Part shown: positions 1-8,531 of the stretch, in pieces
How positions within the stretch are numbered: the first letter of the stretch is position 1
Layout of the letters: each line of letters begins with the position of its first letter
Assembly: GCA_964484655.1 (NCBI GenBank)
Contig: CAZAFA010000003.1
Coordinates: 28,147 to 92,146, forward strand
DNA from: an uncultured Candidatus Saccharibacteria bacterium
Lineage (GTDB): Bacteria; Patescibacteriota; Minisyncoccia; UBA6257; 2-01-FULL-56-20
Direction of reading: 5' to 3'
DNA length: 64,000 nt
Notes under the pieces: generated by a model
Database searches by the model: none
What the model was told of the DNA's origin: nothing
What the model saw: only the letters and a program-made list of their open reading frames with translations
Translations under genes and position numbers: made by a program

Positions 1-562
1 CGATTCCAATGGCCAGCATGGAGGCCGCTACTGCGCTCATGATCAGAATTAGTACAGAGCTAGAGGCTACATATTTCCAAGTTATACCTTCGAACTTCCT
101 ATAGAGTTTTTCGAGAATTCCCCAATAGATAAGGAACAACAAAGTTGAAAAGCCTGGGGAAACAAGGCGAGCAAATTTATGCCATTCATCTCCGTATAAG
201 CTGATCGTGTATTTCCATGTGTTGTAAAGAAACCATGCAATAGATGCCAATACGACTGTGCTTATGCCCGATGTGATATCTAGTCCTGTTTTCTTTCTAT
301 AGTGCTCTTCAACTTTCCAAGTAAATTTGAGGAAAGAGAAGCCCAACCACACTGATGTCAAAGATATTATTAATATCCATAAGAATTGGAGATTGGATAA
401 AGCAATTTTTGCTGCTGTATTTTCTGGGATATTTATATTGAGGAAGATTGCCCCAGTAGCAAGTAGAAATCCTGCAAAGGTTAGCCCTTCTTTTTTTTCG
501 TCCCAAAAGAGCTGAAAGGTTCTTGACAGACTAGGTTTAGCGAAATCTCCGTTCTCTGTCAT
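1..562 (-). CDS. Integral membrane protein, 3'-truncated by window edge. Low-GC ORF, start ATG at 560-562, multiple hydrophobic segments (MTENGDFAKPSLSRTFQLFWDEKKEGLTFAGFLLATGAIFLNINI...)
   Basis: Hand translation of the minus strand gives an uninterrupted ORF from 562 to position 1. It is not in the ORF track because it runs off the edge. GC is about 38% against about 67% for the window. Several predicted TM helices. Confidence 0.55.
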   Translation of the reverse strand, partial: MTENGDFAKPSLSRTFQLFWDEKKEGLTFAGFLLATGAIFLNINIPENTAAKIALSNLQFLWILIISLTSVWLGFSFLKFTWKVEEHYRKKTGLDITSGISTVVLASIAWFLYNTWKYTISLYGDEWHKFARLVSPGFSTLLFLIYWGILEKLYRKFEGITWKYVASSSVLILIMSAVAASMLAIGI

Positions 563-594
563 AGCTCAATAGACGCTGTGCATTGTTGTTTCGG

Positions 595-665
595 CGGGGG
601 CACCAGGAATTGAACCCGGATTGGCGGTTTTGGAGACCGCTGTCCTACCATTGAACGATACCCCC
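595..665 (-). tRNA. trnW: tRNA-Trp (anticodon CCA)
   Basis: Cloverleaf on minus strand: acceptor GGGGGTA/TGCCCCC, T-loop GGTTCAATTCC, anticodon loop CUCCAAA. 3'-CCA not encoded (CCG follows). Confidence 0.8.
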
Positions 666-681
666 AGGACCAGCTCCTATT

Positions 682-864
682 TTACTTCTTGGAGCTGATC
701 TTCACCTCCTTGTGGACGGTGTGCGAGCGATCCCACGGGCAGAACTTCGTGAGCTCGATCTTCCGCGTGACCTTCTTCTTGTTGCGGTGCGTGTAGTAGT
801 TACGACGCTTGCACTCGACGCAACGGAGGCCGATGAGATTGTCTGCGTATTTGACCTTGGCCAT
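682..864 (-). CDS. rpmG: 50S ribosomal protein L33 (Zn-ribbon form)
   Basis: 60-aa ORF MAKVKYADNLIGLRCVECKRRNYYTHRNKKK...FCPWDRSHTVHKE, typical L33 with a CxxC...C motif. The conserved rpmG-tRNA-Trp neighbourhood is present. Confidence 0.85.
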   Translation of the reverse strand: MAKVKYADNLIGLRCVECKRRNYYTHRNKKKVTRKIELTKFCPWDRSHTVHKEVKISSKK

Positions 865-891
865 GTGAGTGATAATTGATTCTTCCGACCG

Positions 892-964
892 GAGCCGATG
901 ACAGGACTCGAACCTGCGACCCTTTCCTTACCATGGAAATGCTCTACCAGCTGAGCTACATCGG
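892..964 (-). tRNA. trnT: tRNA-Thr (anticodon GGU)
   Basis: Minus-strand cloverleaf GCCGATG...CATCGGC, D-arm GCTCAGCTGGTAGAGC, anticodon loop AUGGUAA, T-loop GGTTCGAGTCC. No encoded CCA. Confidence 0.8.
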
Positions 965-1021
965 CGAGTATCCAGGCCGGGCCATTGTGCCTCATCGCCC
1001 CTTGACGAGCAAGGCCTGATG

Positions 1022-1095
1022 AGCCGGAGGTGGGATTCGAACCCACGGCCTGCTGTTTACAAAACAGCCGCTCTGACCGCTAAAGCTACTCCGGC
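1022..1095 (-). tRNA. trnT: tRNA-Thr (anticodon UGU)
   Basis: Minus-strand cloverleaf GCCGGAG...CTCCGGC, anticodon stem GCTGT/ACAGC with loop UUUGUAA, T-loop GGGTTCGAATCCCAC. No encoded CCA. Confidence 0.75.
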
Positions 1096-1233
1096 TCGCT
1101 CCGGACGCACCTCACGCGCAACGGAGACGCGAGGAGGGTACCACGGCCGCTCCCGTCCGGGGAGGCCACGGGGCCACGGATGTGTATAGCAGTCGAGTTC
1201 CGGGAGGCGGCTGCGTCCCCTACACTAGGCTGC

Positions 1234-4200
1234 ATGAGGAGCCGGTTCGTCCATCTGCATACCCACTCCCACTATTCGCTGCTGGACGGACTCGGCAAGA
1301 TCCCTGACCTGATCGCTCGGGCGAAGGAACTCGGCATGGATGCCCTGGCGCTCACCGACCACGGCAACCTGTACGGGAGCATCGAGTTCTACGAGCAAGC
1401 CAAGAAGGCGGGCATCAGGCCGATCCTCGGCATGGAGGCGTACATGGCGCCGCGCAGCCGCTTCGACAAGTCCCCCGGCGAGAAGTACTACCACCTCGTC
1501 CTGCTCGTCGAGAACGAGACCGGCTGGCAGAATCTCGTGAAGCTCGCCTCGCGCGCGAACCTCGAAGGCTACTACTACAAGCCGCGCATAGACCGCGAGC
1601 TCCTGCGGGAGCACCACGAGGGCCTCATCGCGCTCTCGGCGTGCATCGGCGGCGAGGTGAACACGGCTCTCCTGCAAGGGCGCCTCGACGACGCCGAGTC
1701 GCTCGCGTACGAGTACCAGGAGATTTTCGGCGCGGGGAACTTCTTCCTCGAGATCCAGGACCACCCGAATCTGCCGGAAGCGATCACCGTGCGGGAGCGC
1801 GCGATCGCGCTCTCGCAGAAGACGGGCATCCCGCTCGTCGCGACCGCCGACCTCCACTACGTGAAGAGCACCGACGCGCCGTATCACGACGTGCTGCTCG
1901 CGGTGCAGACCGGGAGCCAGGTCGGCGACGCCAACCGCATGAGCATGGCGAGCGACGACTTCTCGATGGCTTCCCCCGACGCGATGGCCAATGCCTTCGC
2001 CGACGTGCCCGACGCGATCTCGAACACCGTGGCCATAGCCGAGCGCTGCGACCTGCAGCTCGAGCTCGGCACACCGCTCCTGCCGCGATTCCGCACCCCG
2101 GACGGGCAGAGCGCGAACGAGCACCTCGCCTCGCTGCTGACCGAACGCCTTCCCTCCCGCTATCCGGATCATGACTCCGACGCGCGCGTCCAGGAGCGCC
2201 TGGCGTACGAGCTCGGCGTCATCGAGCGCACGGGCTTCGCGGACTACTTCCTCATCGTCGCGGACCTCGTGAACTGGGCCAAGGAGCACGGCATCTCCGT
2301 CGGCCCCGGCCGCGGGTCCGCCGCCGGCTCGCTGGTCTCGTACGTCCTCGGCATCACGAACGTCGACCCCCTCCGCTGGGACCTCCTCTTCGAGCGCTTC
2401 CTCAACCCGGAGCGCATCGAGATGCCGGATATCGACCTCGACTTCGCCGACACGCGCCGCGACGAGGTCCTCGACTACGCCCGCCGCACGTACGGCGACG
2501 ACCACGTCGCGCAGATCATCACCTTCGGGACCATGGCCGCGCGCGCGGCCGTCCGTGACGCTGGTCGCGCCATGGGCATCCCGCTCCCGCTCTGCGACCA
2601 GATCGCCAAACTCATCCCGGGCGGGCCGAAGGGCCTCGACGTGAAGACGGCGCGGCGCACCATCCCTGATCTCCAGGCCCTCGAGAAGGAGGAGCCTGAC
2701 GCGACGCGCCTCCTGGACGTCGCCGAGCACCTCGAGGGCGTCGTGCGCCACGCGTCCGTCCACGCGTGCGGCACCGTGATCTCGGACCGCCCGCTCACCG
2801 ACGTCGTCCCGGTGCAGCTCGCGCCGCAGAACAAGGACGTGGTCATCACGCAGCTGGACATGCGGAACGTCGAGCGGCTCGGCCTCCTGAAGATCGACCT
2901 CCTCGGCCTCACCGGCCTGACCACGATCGAGGAGACCAAGAAGCTCATCCGCGAGCTCCGCGGCGAGGAGCTCGACCTCGACGGCATCCCGCTCGACGAC
3001 GAGGCGACGTTCGAGCTCTTCCGCAAGGCGGACATGACCGGCGTCTTCCAGTTCGAGTCCGGGGGCATGCGCAAGGTCATGCGCGAGCTGCAGCCGACGG
3101 TCTTCGAGGACCTCGTCGCCGTGGTGGCGCTCTTCCGCCCCGGCCCGATGGACCTGATCCCGAGCTTCATCGCGCGCAAGAAGGGCGAGGAGCCGGTGAC
3201 GTACCTCCACCCCCGCCTCCAGCCGATCCTCGAGAACACGTACGGCATCGGCGTCTATCAGGAGCAGATGATGCGCATCGCCACGGACCTCGCGGGCTAC
3301 ACGCTCCCGGAGGCGGACAAGCTCCGCAAGGCGATCGGCAAGAAGATCAAGTCCCTCCTCGACGAGCAGGAACAGAAGCTCGTGAAGGGCATGGTCGCAA
3401 ACGGCATCGACCAGCGCACGGCGCAGGCGATCTGGGAGATGTTCCCGCCCTTCGCGCGGTACGGCTTCAACAAGAGCCACGCGGTCTGCTACGCGCTCAT
3501 CGGGTACCAGACCGCGTACCTCCGCGCGCACTACCCGATCGAGTTCGCGACGGCGCAGTTCAACGCGGACCGGCACGACACGGAGCGCATCGCCATGCTC
3601 GCGCACGAGGCGGCGCTCTCCGGCATCCAGCTCCTCCCGCCGGACGTCAACGCGAGCGGCGTGGGCTTCCTGCCCGAGGACGGCGACGTGCGCTTCGGGC
3701 TCTCCGCAATCAAGAACGTCGGCGAGGGCATCGCTGAGGCGATCCACCGCGAGCGGCAGCAGAACGGCCCGTACAAGGACCTCGCGCAGTTCGTCGAGCG
3801 CCTGTGCAGCCACAAGGACCTCAACAAGCGCTCCCTCGAAAGCCTCGCCAAGGCCGGCGCGCTGGACTGCTTCGGCTTCGAGCGCGGCGAGCTCGTCGCG
3901 AACCTCGACTACGTCGTCCAGTGCGGTTCCGCGCAAAAGCGACGCATCGAGAGCCACAAGGCCTCTCTCTTCGGCTCCATGCAGCAGGTCGCCCCGCAGG
4001 TGCGCCTCGACAACTGGCTCTCGGCGCCGCCCGTGTCGAGCAAGGAGAAGCTCTCGTGGGAGAAGGAGCTCATCGGCCTCTACGTCTCAGACCATCCCCT
4101 CTCCGAGCACGAGGAGGAGCGCAAGCGCATCGGCGCCATCCCGATCGCAGAAGCGCGCGCACGGATGGCGGACGCTCAGGTGCGCGTCGTGGGCCTCGTC

Positions 4201-4425
4201 TCGCGCGTGCAGAGCATCACGACCAAGTCGGGAGAGCCGATGGCCTTCGCGCTCATCGAGGACCTCTCCCCGGAGCCTATCGAGGTCGTGGTGTTCACCC
4301 GCGTGTACGAGCAGACGCGCGCAGTATGGCAGCAGGACCAGATCATCGCGATCGCCGGGAGGATCCAGAAGCGCGACGACGAGGTGAAACTCATCGCGGA
4401 CAAGGCGAAGGCGCTCGTGATATGA
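1234..4425 (+). CDS. dnaE: DNA polymerase III alpha subunit (PHP-Pol3 catalytic core, about 1063 aa)
   Basis: ORF 1180..4425 trimmed to ATG at 1234 (MRSRFVHLHTHSHYSLLDGL PHP motif). Contains the polymerase core (GSAAGSLVSY...), fingers, HhH and OB regions. Confidence 0.9.
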   Translation: MRSRFVHLHTHSHYSLLDGLGKIPDLIARAKELGMDALALTDHGNLYGSIEFYEQAKKAGIRPILGMEAYMAPRSRFDKSPGEKYYHLVLLVENETGWQNLVKLASRANLEGYYYKPRIDRELLREHHEGLIALSACIGGEVNTALLQGRLDDAESLAYEYQEIFGAGNFFLEIQDHPNLPEAITVRERAIALSQKTGIPLVATADLHYVKSTDAPYHDVLLAVQTGSQVGDANRMSMASDDFSMASPDAMANAFADVPDAISNTVAIAERCDLQLELGTPLLPRFRTPDGQSANEHLASLLTERLPSRYPDHDSDARVQERLAYELGVIERTGFADYFLIVADLVNWAKEHGISVGPGRGSAAGSLVSYVLGITNVDPLRWDLLFERFLNPERIEMPDIDLDFADTRRDEVLDYARRTYGDDHVAQIITFGTMAARAAVRDAGRAMGIPLPLCDQIAKLIPGGPKGLDVKTARRTIPDLQALEKEEPDATRLLDVAEHLEGVVRHASVHACGTVISDRPLTDVVPVQLAPQNKDVVITQLDMRNVERLGLLKIDLLGLTGLTTIEETKKLIRELRGEELDLDGIPLDDEATFELFRKADMTGVFQFESGGMRKVMRELQPTVFEDLVAVVALFRPGPMDLIPSFIARKKGEEPVTYLHPRLQPILENTYGIGVYQEQMMRIATDLAGYTLPEADKLRKAIGKKIKSLLDEQEQKLVKGMVANGIDQRTAQAIWEMFPPFARYGFNKSHAVCYALIGYQTAYLRAHYPIEFATAQFNADRHDTERIAMLAHEAALSGIQLLPPDVNASGVGFLPEDGDVRFGLSAIKNVGEGIAEAIHRERQQNGPYKDLAQFVERLCSHKDLNKRSLESLAKAGALDCFGFERGELVANLDYVVQCGSAQKRRIESHKASLFGSMQQVAPQVRLDNWLSAPPVSSKEKLSWEKELIGLYVSDHPLSEHEEERKRIGAIPIAEARARMADAQVRVVGLVSRVQSITTKSGEPMAFALIEDLSPEPIEVVVFTRVYEQTRAVWQQDQIIAIAGRIQKRDDEVKLIADKAKALVI

Positions 4426-4426
4426 A

Positions 4427-4453
4427 GAGGCGGACCCGCAGGTCCGCCTCTCT
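4427..4453. terminator. Bidirectional hairpin between convergent dnaE and the 4458..4883 gene
   Basis: GAGGCGGACC-CGCA-GGTCCGCCTC perfect 10-bp stem immediately after the dnaE stop. Confidence 0.5.
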
Positions 4454-4457
4454 GTAA

Positions 4458-4883
4458 TCACTTCTCCTTCTTCGCCCGCCTGCCGAGCAGGTCTCTCGCG
4501 AGCTTGCCGCCGAGGATGACGCATCCCGCGAGCAGCACGTACCACGCGGTCGGCGCGACCCACCAGGGCATCGCGAAGCTGTCTGCGACCGCCTGCACGT
4601 CGTTCATCGCGCGCACGAGTATGAACACGAGCGCTGATGTGAACATCAGCCCGGCGAGGACGACGTTGAACGTCAGCCTCTTGAGGCGGTCCGAGCGTTC
4701 CTCGGCGTGGCTCACCCAGATAGCGAGGACCAGGATGCCGACGACGTAGGCGATGAGGATCCGCCAGTCGAGATACATCTGCGCGACGAACGCGTAGAGA
4801 AGACTCAGGACGACGATCCACGAGGCCAGGTACAGGAAGAGCCTGACGGGTTTCGAAGCGGCAGCGCCGCCTTTTTCAGCCAT
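4458..4883 (-). CDS. Small polytopic membrane protein (141 aa), function unknown
   Basis: ORF with 3-4 hydrophobic helices (LFLYLASWIVVLSLLYAFVAQMYL...). GGGAGG RBS 10 nt upstream of the ATG. Confidence 0.6.
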   Translation of the reverse strand: MAEKGGAAASKPVRLFLYLASWIVVLSLLYAFVAQMYLDWRILIAYVVGILVLAIWVSHAEERSDRLKRLTFNVVLAGLMFTSALVFILVRAMNDVQAVADSFAMPWWVAPTAWYVLLAGCVILGGKLARDLLGRRAKKEK

Positions 4884-4927
4884 AAACGAAATACCTCCCA
4901 GTTATTCGGATATCAGAGAACTCGCTA

Positions 4928-4956
4928 CTTATACGTATCTTTTGCTTATTTGACAA
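4928..4956 (-). promoter_or_regulatory. Sigma70-like promoter for the 4458..4883 gene: TTGTCA-17 nt-TATAAG on the minus strand
   Basis: AT-rich spacer. -35 TTGTCA (plus-strand 4951-4956) and -10 TATAAG (4928-4933) with a 17-nt spacer, followed by a GGGAGG Shine-Dalgarno. Confidence 0.45.
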
Positions 4957-6598
4957 TATCGGCTCCGAGGAGCGCGCGCACGCGGCTCTCGCCGAGCGAC
5001 AGGAAGAAGGTCGGCAGCCGCGGGCCGGTCTCGCTGTCGGTGAGGAGCAGGCGGTAGAGCGCCTTGAAGAAGTCGCGCTGAGCCGCCTTCACGGCTGGGG
5101 TCGGCTCGTCATCGGGGTCCTGGCCGGCGGCTTCCTTGGGGATGCCGTACAGGAGCGTCGTGAGGCCTTCCAAGGTCCAGGCCTCCCCCATCCGGTCGGC
5201 CAGGGTACGGACCTGCTCCTGCAGGTCAGGCGCGAGCGCCTCCCAGGCTTCCCGGGCGAATCCCTCGCGCACGTGCGTGCGCTCGTCCTCGGGGAGGTAA
5301 CGCGTGACCCAGGCGATCGCGCAGGTCAGGCGCGGCTCGGTCTCGCCCTCGGAGAGCTCCCGGCCCAGCTGGTCGCTCGCGACGCGGAGGATCTGCTCGC
5401 GATTGCCGAGCGTGACGTCCGCTGCGGAGGACAGCGTGCGGAACGGGACGGCGACGGGCGCATGCAGGACCGCGCCGGCGCTGGTCGCGAGACAGCGCTC
5501 ACGGACGAGCCGTTCGGCCTCGCTCGCCTGCCCAGCCGCCACCTTGTCGCCGAAGCTGTCCCACTCGTCGTAGAGGCGGATGACCTCCTTCCCGAAGTCG
5601 ATGTCGAAGTGCTTGCCGTAGTGCCGCCGCACGTAGAGCCAGCGGAGCATCGCGGGCTCCAGGATCTCGAGCGCCTGGCCCGGCGTCGGGCTGCCGCCGG
5701 CCGAGCTCGAGATCTTGGAACGGCCCGCCATGCCGACGAACGCGTACTGGACGAAGTACGGCGCCTCGTAGCCGAAGAGCTTCACGATCTCCTTGCCGAC
5801 GGTGTAGCTGCTGTTAGGCGCGGCATGATCCTCGCCGCCCGGCTCGAAGACGACGCCCTCGTGCGCCCAGCGCATCGGCCAGTCCACCTTCCAGACGAGC
5901 TTCCCTTGGATCTTCTCGTCCAGCGAGTAGCTCTCGCGATGGCCGCAGGCGCAGCGGTACGCGATCGTCGCCGTGGCCTCGTCGTAGCTCTCGACGACCG
6001 CGTCGTCCTTGCCGCACGTCGCGCAGTACGGCTTGAACGGGTAGTACGCCGCGCGGCGCTCCGCGAGGGGCCGGTCCTGCGGGTTAGCGGTCTGGTACCT
6101 CGCGAGGATGTCGAATATCTCGCTGCGCTTGGCCATGGCCGTACGGATACCCGCGCGGTAGTCGCCGCGCGGGTACGCTTCGGACTGGCGCACGTAGCGG
6201 ACGTTCTTTCCTGAGACGACGCCGAGCCGAGCCGCGGCCTGCTCGAAGTCGCGGATGTGCCGGTCCGCGTAGGACGGGAACTCTCCTCCCGGATCGGGGA
6301 CGGCGGCGAGGGGCTTGCCGATGTGCTCCGCCCAGCTCTCAGGGACGCCCTTCGGGACCTTGCGGAAGCGGTCGTAGTCGTCCCAGGAGTAGATATGCTC
6401 GACCTTCCTGCCGCGCCGGCGGAGCTCCTCGGCCACGAGATGGACCGTCATCAGCTCCCGGAGGTTGCCGAGATGGATCGCGCCGGACGGGCTGATGCCC
6501 GAGGCGCAGACGATCGTCTCCGGCATCTCGGGCTTCGTCGCCGCGAACGCCTCGACGGCGTCCGCGGTCTGCTCTATCCAGAAGCGCTCCTCGGCCAT
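4946..6598 (-). CDS. lysK: Lysyl-tRNA synthetase, class I (archaeal-type LysK)
   Basis: 550-aa ORF. N-terminal SGISPSGAIHLGNLRE (HIGH-like), Zn-binding cysteines (CATCG...CACGH) and a KISSS (KMSKS-like) motif. Confidence 0.8.
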   Translation of the reverse strand: MAEERFWIEQTADAVEAFAATKPEMPETIVCASGISPSGAIHLGNLRELMTVHLVAEELRRRGRKVEHIYSWDDYDRFRKVPKGVPESWAEHIGKPLAAVPDPGGEFPSYADRHIRDFEQAAARLGVVSGKNVRYVRQSEAYPRGDYRAGIRTAMAKRSEIFDILARYQTANPQDRPLAERRAAYYPFKPYCATCGKDDAVVESYDEATATIAYRCACGHRESYSLDEKIQGKLVWKVDWPMRWAHEGVVFEPGGEDHAAPNSSYTVGKEIVKLFGYEAPYFVQYAFVGMAGRSKISSSAGGSPTPGQALEILEPAMLRWLYVRRHYGKHFDIDFGKEVIRLYDEWDSFGDKVAAGQASEAERLVRERCLATSAGAVLHAPVAVPFRTLSSAADVTLGNREQILRVASDQLGRELSEGETEPRLTCAIAWVTRYLPEDERTHVREGFAREAWEALAPDLQEQVRTLADRMGEAWTLEGLTTLLYGIPKEAAGQDPDDEPTPAVKAAQRDFFKALYRLLLTDSETGPRLPTFFLSLGESRVRALLGADIVK

Positions 6599-6667
6599 GC
6601 AGGCATTGTATCGGAAGGAGGCCGAGATGCTACGCTGGGGGCAGATACTTCAGAAGGAGGTCAACCT

Positions 6668-7060
6668 ATGGCACGTAACGAGAGAGCGATGCTGGCCACC
6701 CGCATCAGGGGCATCGAGCTGCACGTAGCGCGCGAGCTAGCGAAGTTCCGCGAAAAGCTGGACTTCAGCGAGCGCTTCCATTGGATCATGCAGGATCGCG
6801 CGAACCTGCTCGATTCCCGGAGCGTCGTCATCGCGCTCAAGATCAGCGTCGCGCGCGACCTGCTCAGACAGACCGTGCGGAACATCCAGATCATGCTTGG
6901 ATACGCCCGGAAGGCTGAGGACCTCGGCAACAAGCTGCAGATCCTCGCGTCCCAGAAGCGGGCCTACAGCATGGCGCAATGCCTGCAGCAGGCGCTCCTC
7001 GAATCAGTCGCGGAGCTCATGTCCGACGAGCGATACCAGGACATCCTGTACGGAGAATAG
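6668..7060 (+). CDS. Hypothetical protein (130 aa), predicted helical
   Basis: ORF 6257..7060 trimmed to the ATG at 6668, which follows a strong AGGAGG RBS (GAAGGAGGTCAACCTATG). No recognisable domain. Confidence 0.5.
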   Translation: MARNERAMLATRIRGIELHVARELAKFREKLDFSERFHWIMQDRANLLDSRSVVIALKISVARDLLRQTVRNIQIMLGYARKAEDLGNKLQILASQKRAYSMAQCLQQALLESVAELMSDERYQDILYGE

Positions 7061-7061
7061 A

Positions 7062-7090
7062 AAAAGGCGGCCGGTCGGCCGCCTTTCCCG
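7062..7090. terminator. Bidirectional hairpin AAGGCGGCCGG-TCGG-CCGCCTT shared by the 6668..7060 gene and greA
   Basis: GC stem with A-tract and T-tract flanks between convergent genes. Confidence 0.5.
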
Positions 7091-7100
7091 CGCCTGCGGC

Positions 7101-7562
7101 TCAGGCTACCGAGACGATCGTGTAGTGCACGACGCCCGCGGGCGTGGTCACGGTCACCTTGTCGCCGGCCTTCGCGCCGAGGAAGGCGCGGCCGAGCGGC
7201 GACTCGTTGCTTACCTTGCCGGCAGCGGGATCCGCCTCCTCCGAGCCGACGATCTCGTACTCGGTCGCCTTCGCGCTCGCGCCGCGCTTGGCGGTGACGA
7301 TCGAGCCGATGACGGCGACGTCGCTCTTGGCGTGCTTGATGATCTCCGCGTGCTTGATCATCTCCTCGAGCTCGACGATGCGCATCTCGACGCGCTCCTG
7401 CTCGTTGCGCGCCTCGTCGTAGGCCGTGTTCTCGGAGAGGTCGCCGAGCTCCTTCGCCTCGCGGAGACGGTCCGCGACCTCGTGCCGCTTCTCGGTGCGG
7501 AACAGCTCGAGCTCCTGCTTGAGCTCGTCGAGACGCTTCTGGGTGACGTAGTACTTGTCCAT
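7101..7562 (-). CDS. greA: Transcription elongation factor GreA
   Basis: 153 aa. Coiled-coil N-terminus with ...LSENTAYDEARNEQ... and an FKBP-like C-terminal domain. Confidence 0.85.
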   Translation of the reverse strand: MDKYYVTQKRLDELKQELELFRTEKRHEVADRLREAKELGDLSENTAYDEARNEQERVEMRIVELEEMIKHAEIIKHAKSDVAVIGSIVTAKRGASAKATEYEIVGSEEADPAAGKVSNESPLGRAFLGAKAGDKVTVTTPAGVVHYTIVSVA

Positions 7563-7577
7563 TTCCTGAAAAGCGGC

Positions 7578-8513
7578 CTACCGCTTCGGGTAGGCGCCGA
7601 TGATCGAATTATACCGGATTCTAAGGTTCTCCCCCAGGGTCTGCAAGTATGCCCGGGCCCCCACGGTCGAGCCCGGCCGGTCGTGCCAGACGACCGGAAT
7701 CTCCTTGATTTTCAGGCCCAGGCGCCGGGCCAGCACGAGTGCCTCGATGTCGAATCCCCAGCGCCGGGTCCGCAGGTGCGGGAATACCGCCTCTGCCGCA
7801 TGGGCCGTGAACGCCTTGAAGCCGCACTGGGTGTCGTGGATGCCGGGCAGGTTGGTGGCCTGGATGAAGAGGTTGCCGAGGCGCCCGAGGAGCCTCCGCG
7901 GGAGCGGCTGCGGCGGGCGCATGACCGACCCCGGCAGCGCGCGCGAGGCGAAGGCGATATCCGCCCCCTCCTGCAGGGCTGCTGCGAGCTTCCCGAATTC
8001 CTCGAAAGGGGTCGCGCCGTCCGCGTCGGCGAACAGGCGGATCGCGCCGCGCGCCTCCTGCATGCCGCGCGCGACCGCGCTCCCCTTGCCCGCGTTCGGC
8101 TCCTGGCGGACCAGGCGCAGCTGCGGGAAATCCCGCATCATGCGCTCCACGATCTCCGCGGTCCGGTCGGTCGAGCCGTCGTCGACCACCAGCACCTCGA
8201 AGGGCTCGCTGCGCGTGAGGAAGTACGCGTGCGCGGCGACCAGGACCGGCGCGATGCGCTCCGCCTCGTTGTAGGCCGGGATGATGACCGACACCTCGGG
8301 CTGCATGCCGAGGAAGACGCTGTCCCCGGGAGGGGCCGGTCGCTCCTCGGCTACCGTGACCGGCACGGCCGCCTTCTTGCGCGTCGCGCGCTTCTTCGGC
8401 GCAGCCGCCGCTTCTGATGTCGCCGCCTTCGCGGGGCGCTTCCGCGGCGGCTTCGGCTTCTCGATAGCCGGGTCGGCGATCTGCTCGTCGAGGACTTTCT
8501 TCCGTCCGGGCAT
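7578..8513 (-). CDS. GT2 family glycosyltransferase (polyprenol-phosphate sugar transferase-like) with a basic N-terminal extension
   Basis: VSVIIPAYNEAERI...EVLVVDDGSTDRT (GT-A fold with a DxD motif). Lys/Pro/Ala-rich N-terminus. Confidence 0.7.
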   Translation of the reverse strand: MPGRKKVLDEQIADPAIEKPKPPRKRPAKAATSEAAAAPKKRATRKKAAVPVTVAEERPAPPGDSVFLGMQPEVSVIIPAYNEAERIAPVLVAAHAYFLTRSEPFEVLVVDDGSTDRTAEIVERMMRDFPQLRLVRQEPNAGKGSAVARGMQEARGAIRLFADADGATPFEEFGKLAAALQEGADIAFASRALPGSVMRPPQPLPRRLLGRLGNLFIQATNLPGIHDTQCGFKAFTAHAAEAVFPHLRTRRWGFDIEALVLARRLGLKIKEIPVVWHDRPGSTVGARAYLQTLGENLRIRYNSIIGAYPKR

Positions 8514-8531
8514 AGGGCCAGAGTATACCAG

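Noticed and set aside
702-1046. A 114-aa ORF overlapping the two tRNA-Thr genes.
   Set aside because: It runs through two well-folded tRNA genes. It is an artefact of the six-frame scan.
560-1233. Expected secE-nusG-rplK-rplA next to rpmG/tRNA-Trp, and tRNA-Tyr/tRNA-Gly in the tRNA-Thr cluster.
   Set aside because: I found no ORF or tRNA matching these. The cluster here is only tRNA-Trp, rpmG, tRNA-Thr and tRNA-Thr, followed by divergent dnaE.
1225-3957. A 910-aa minus-strand ORF antisense to dnaE. Similar long antisense ORFs lie opposite valS, recG, fusA, the envelope locus and elsewhere (for example 42829..44874, 45753..47129, 41429..44119, 21915..23741, 38111..39250).
   Set aside because: Their translations are Arg/Gly/Ala/Asp-rich low-complexity strings typical of stop-codon-poor high-GC DNA. 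The opposite strand encodes clearly homologous proteins, so they are not genes.
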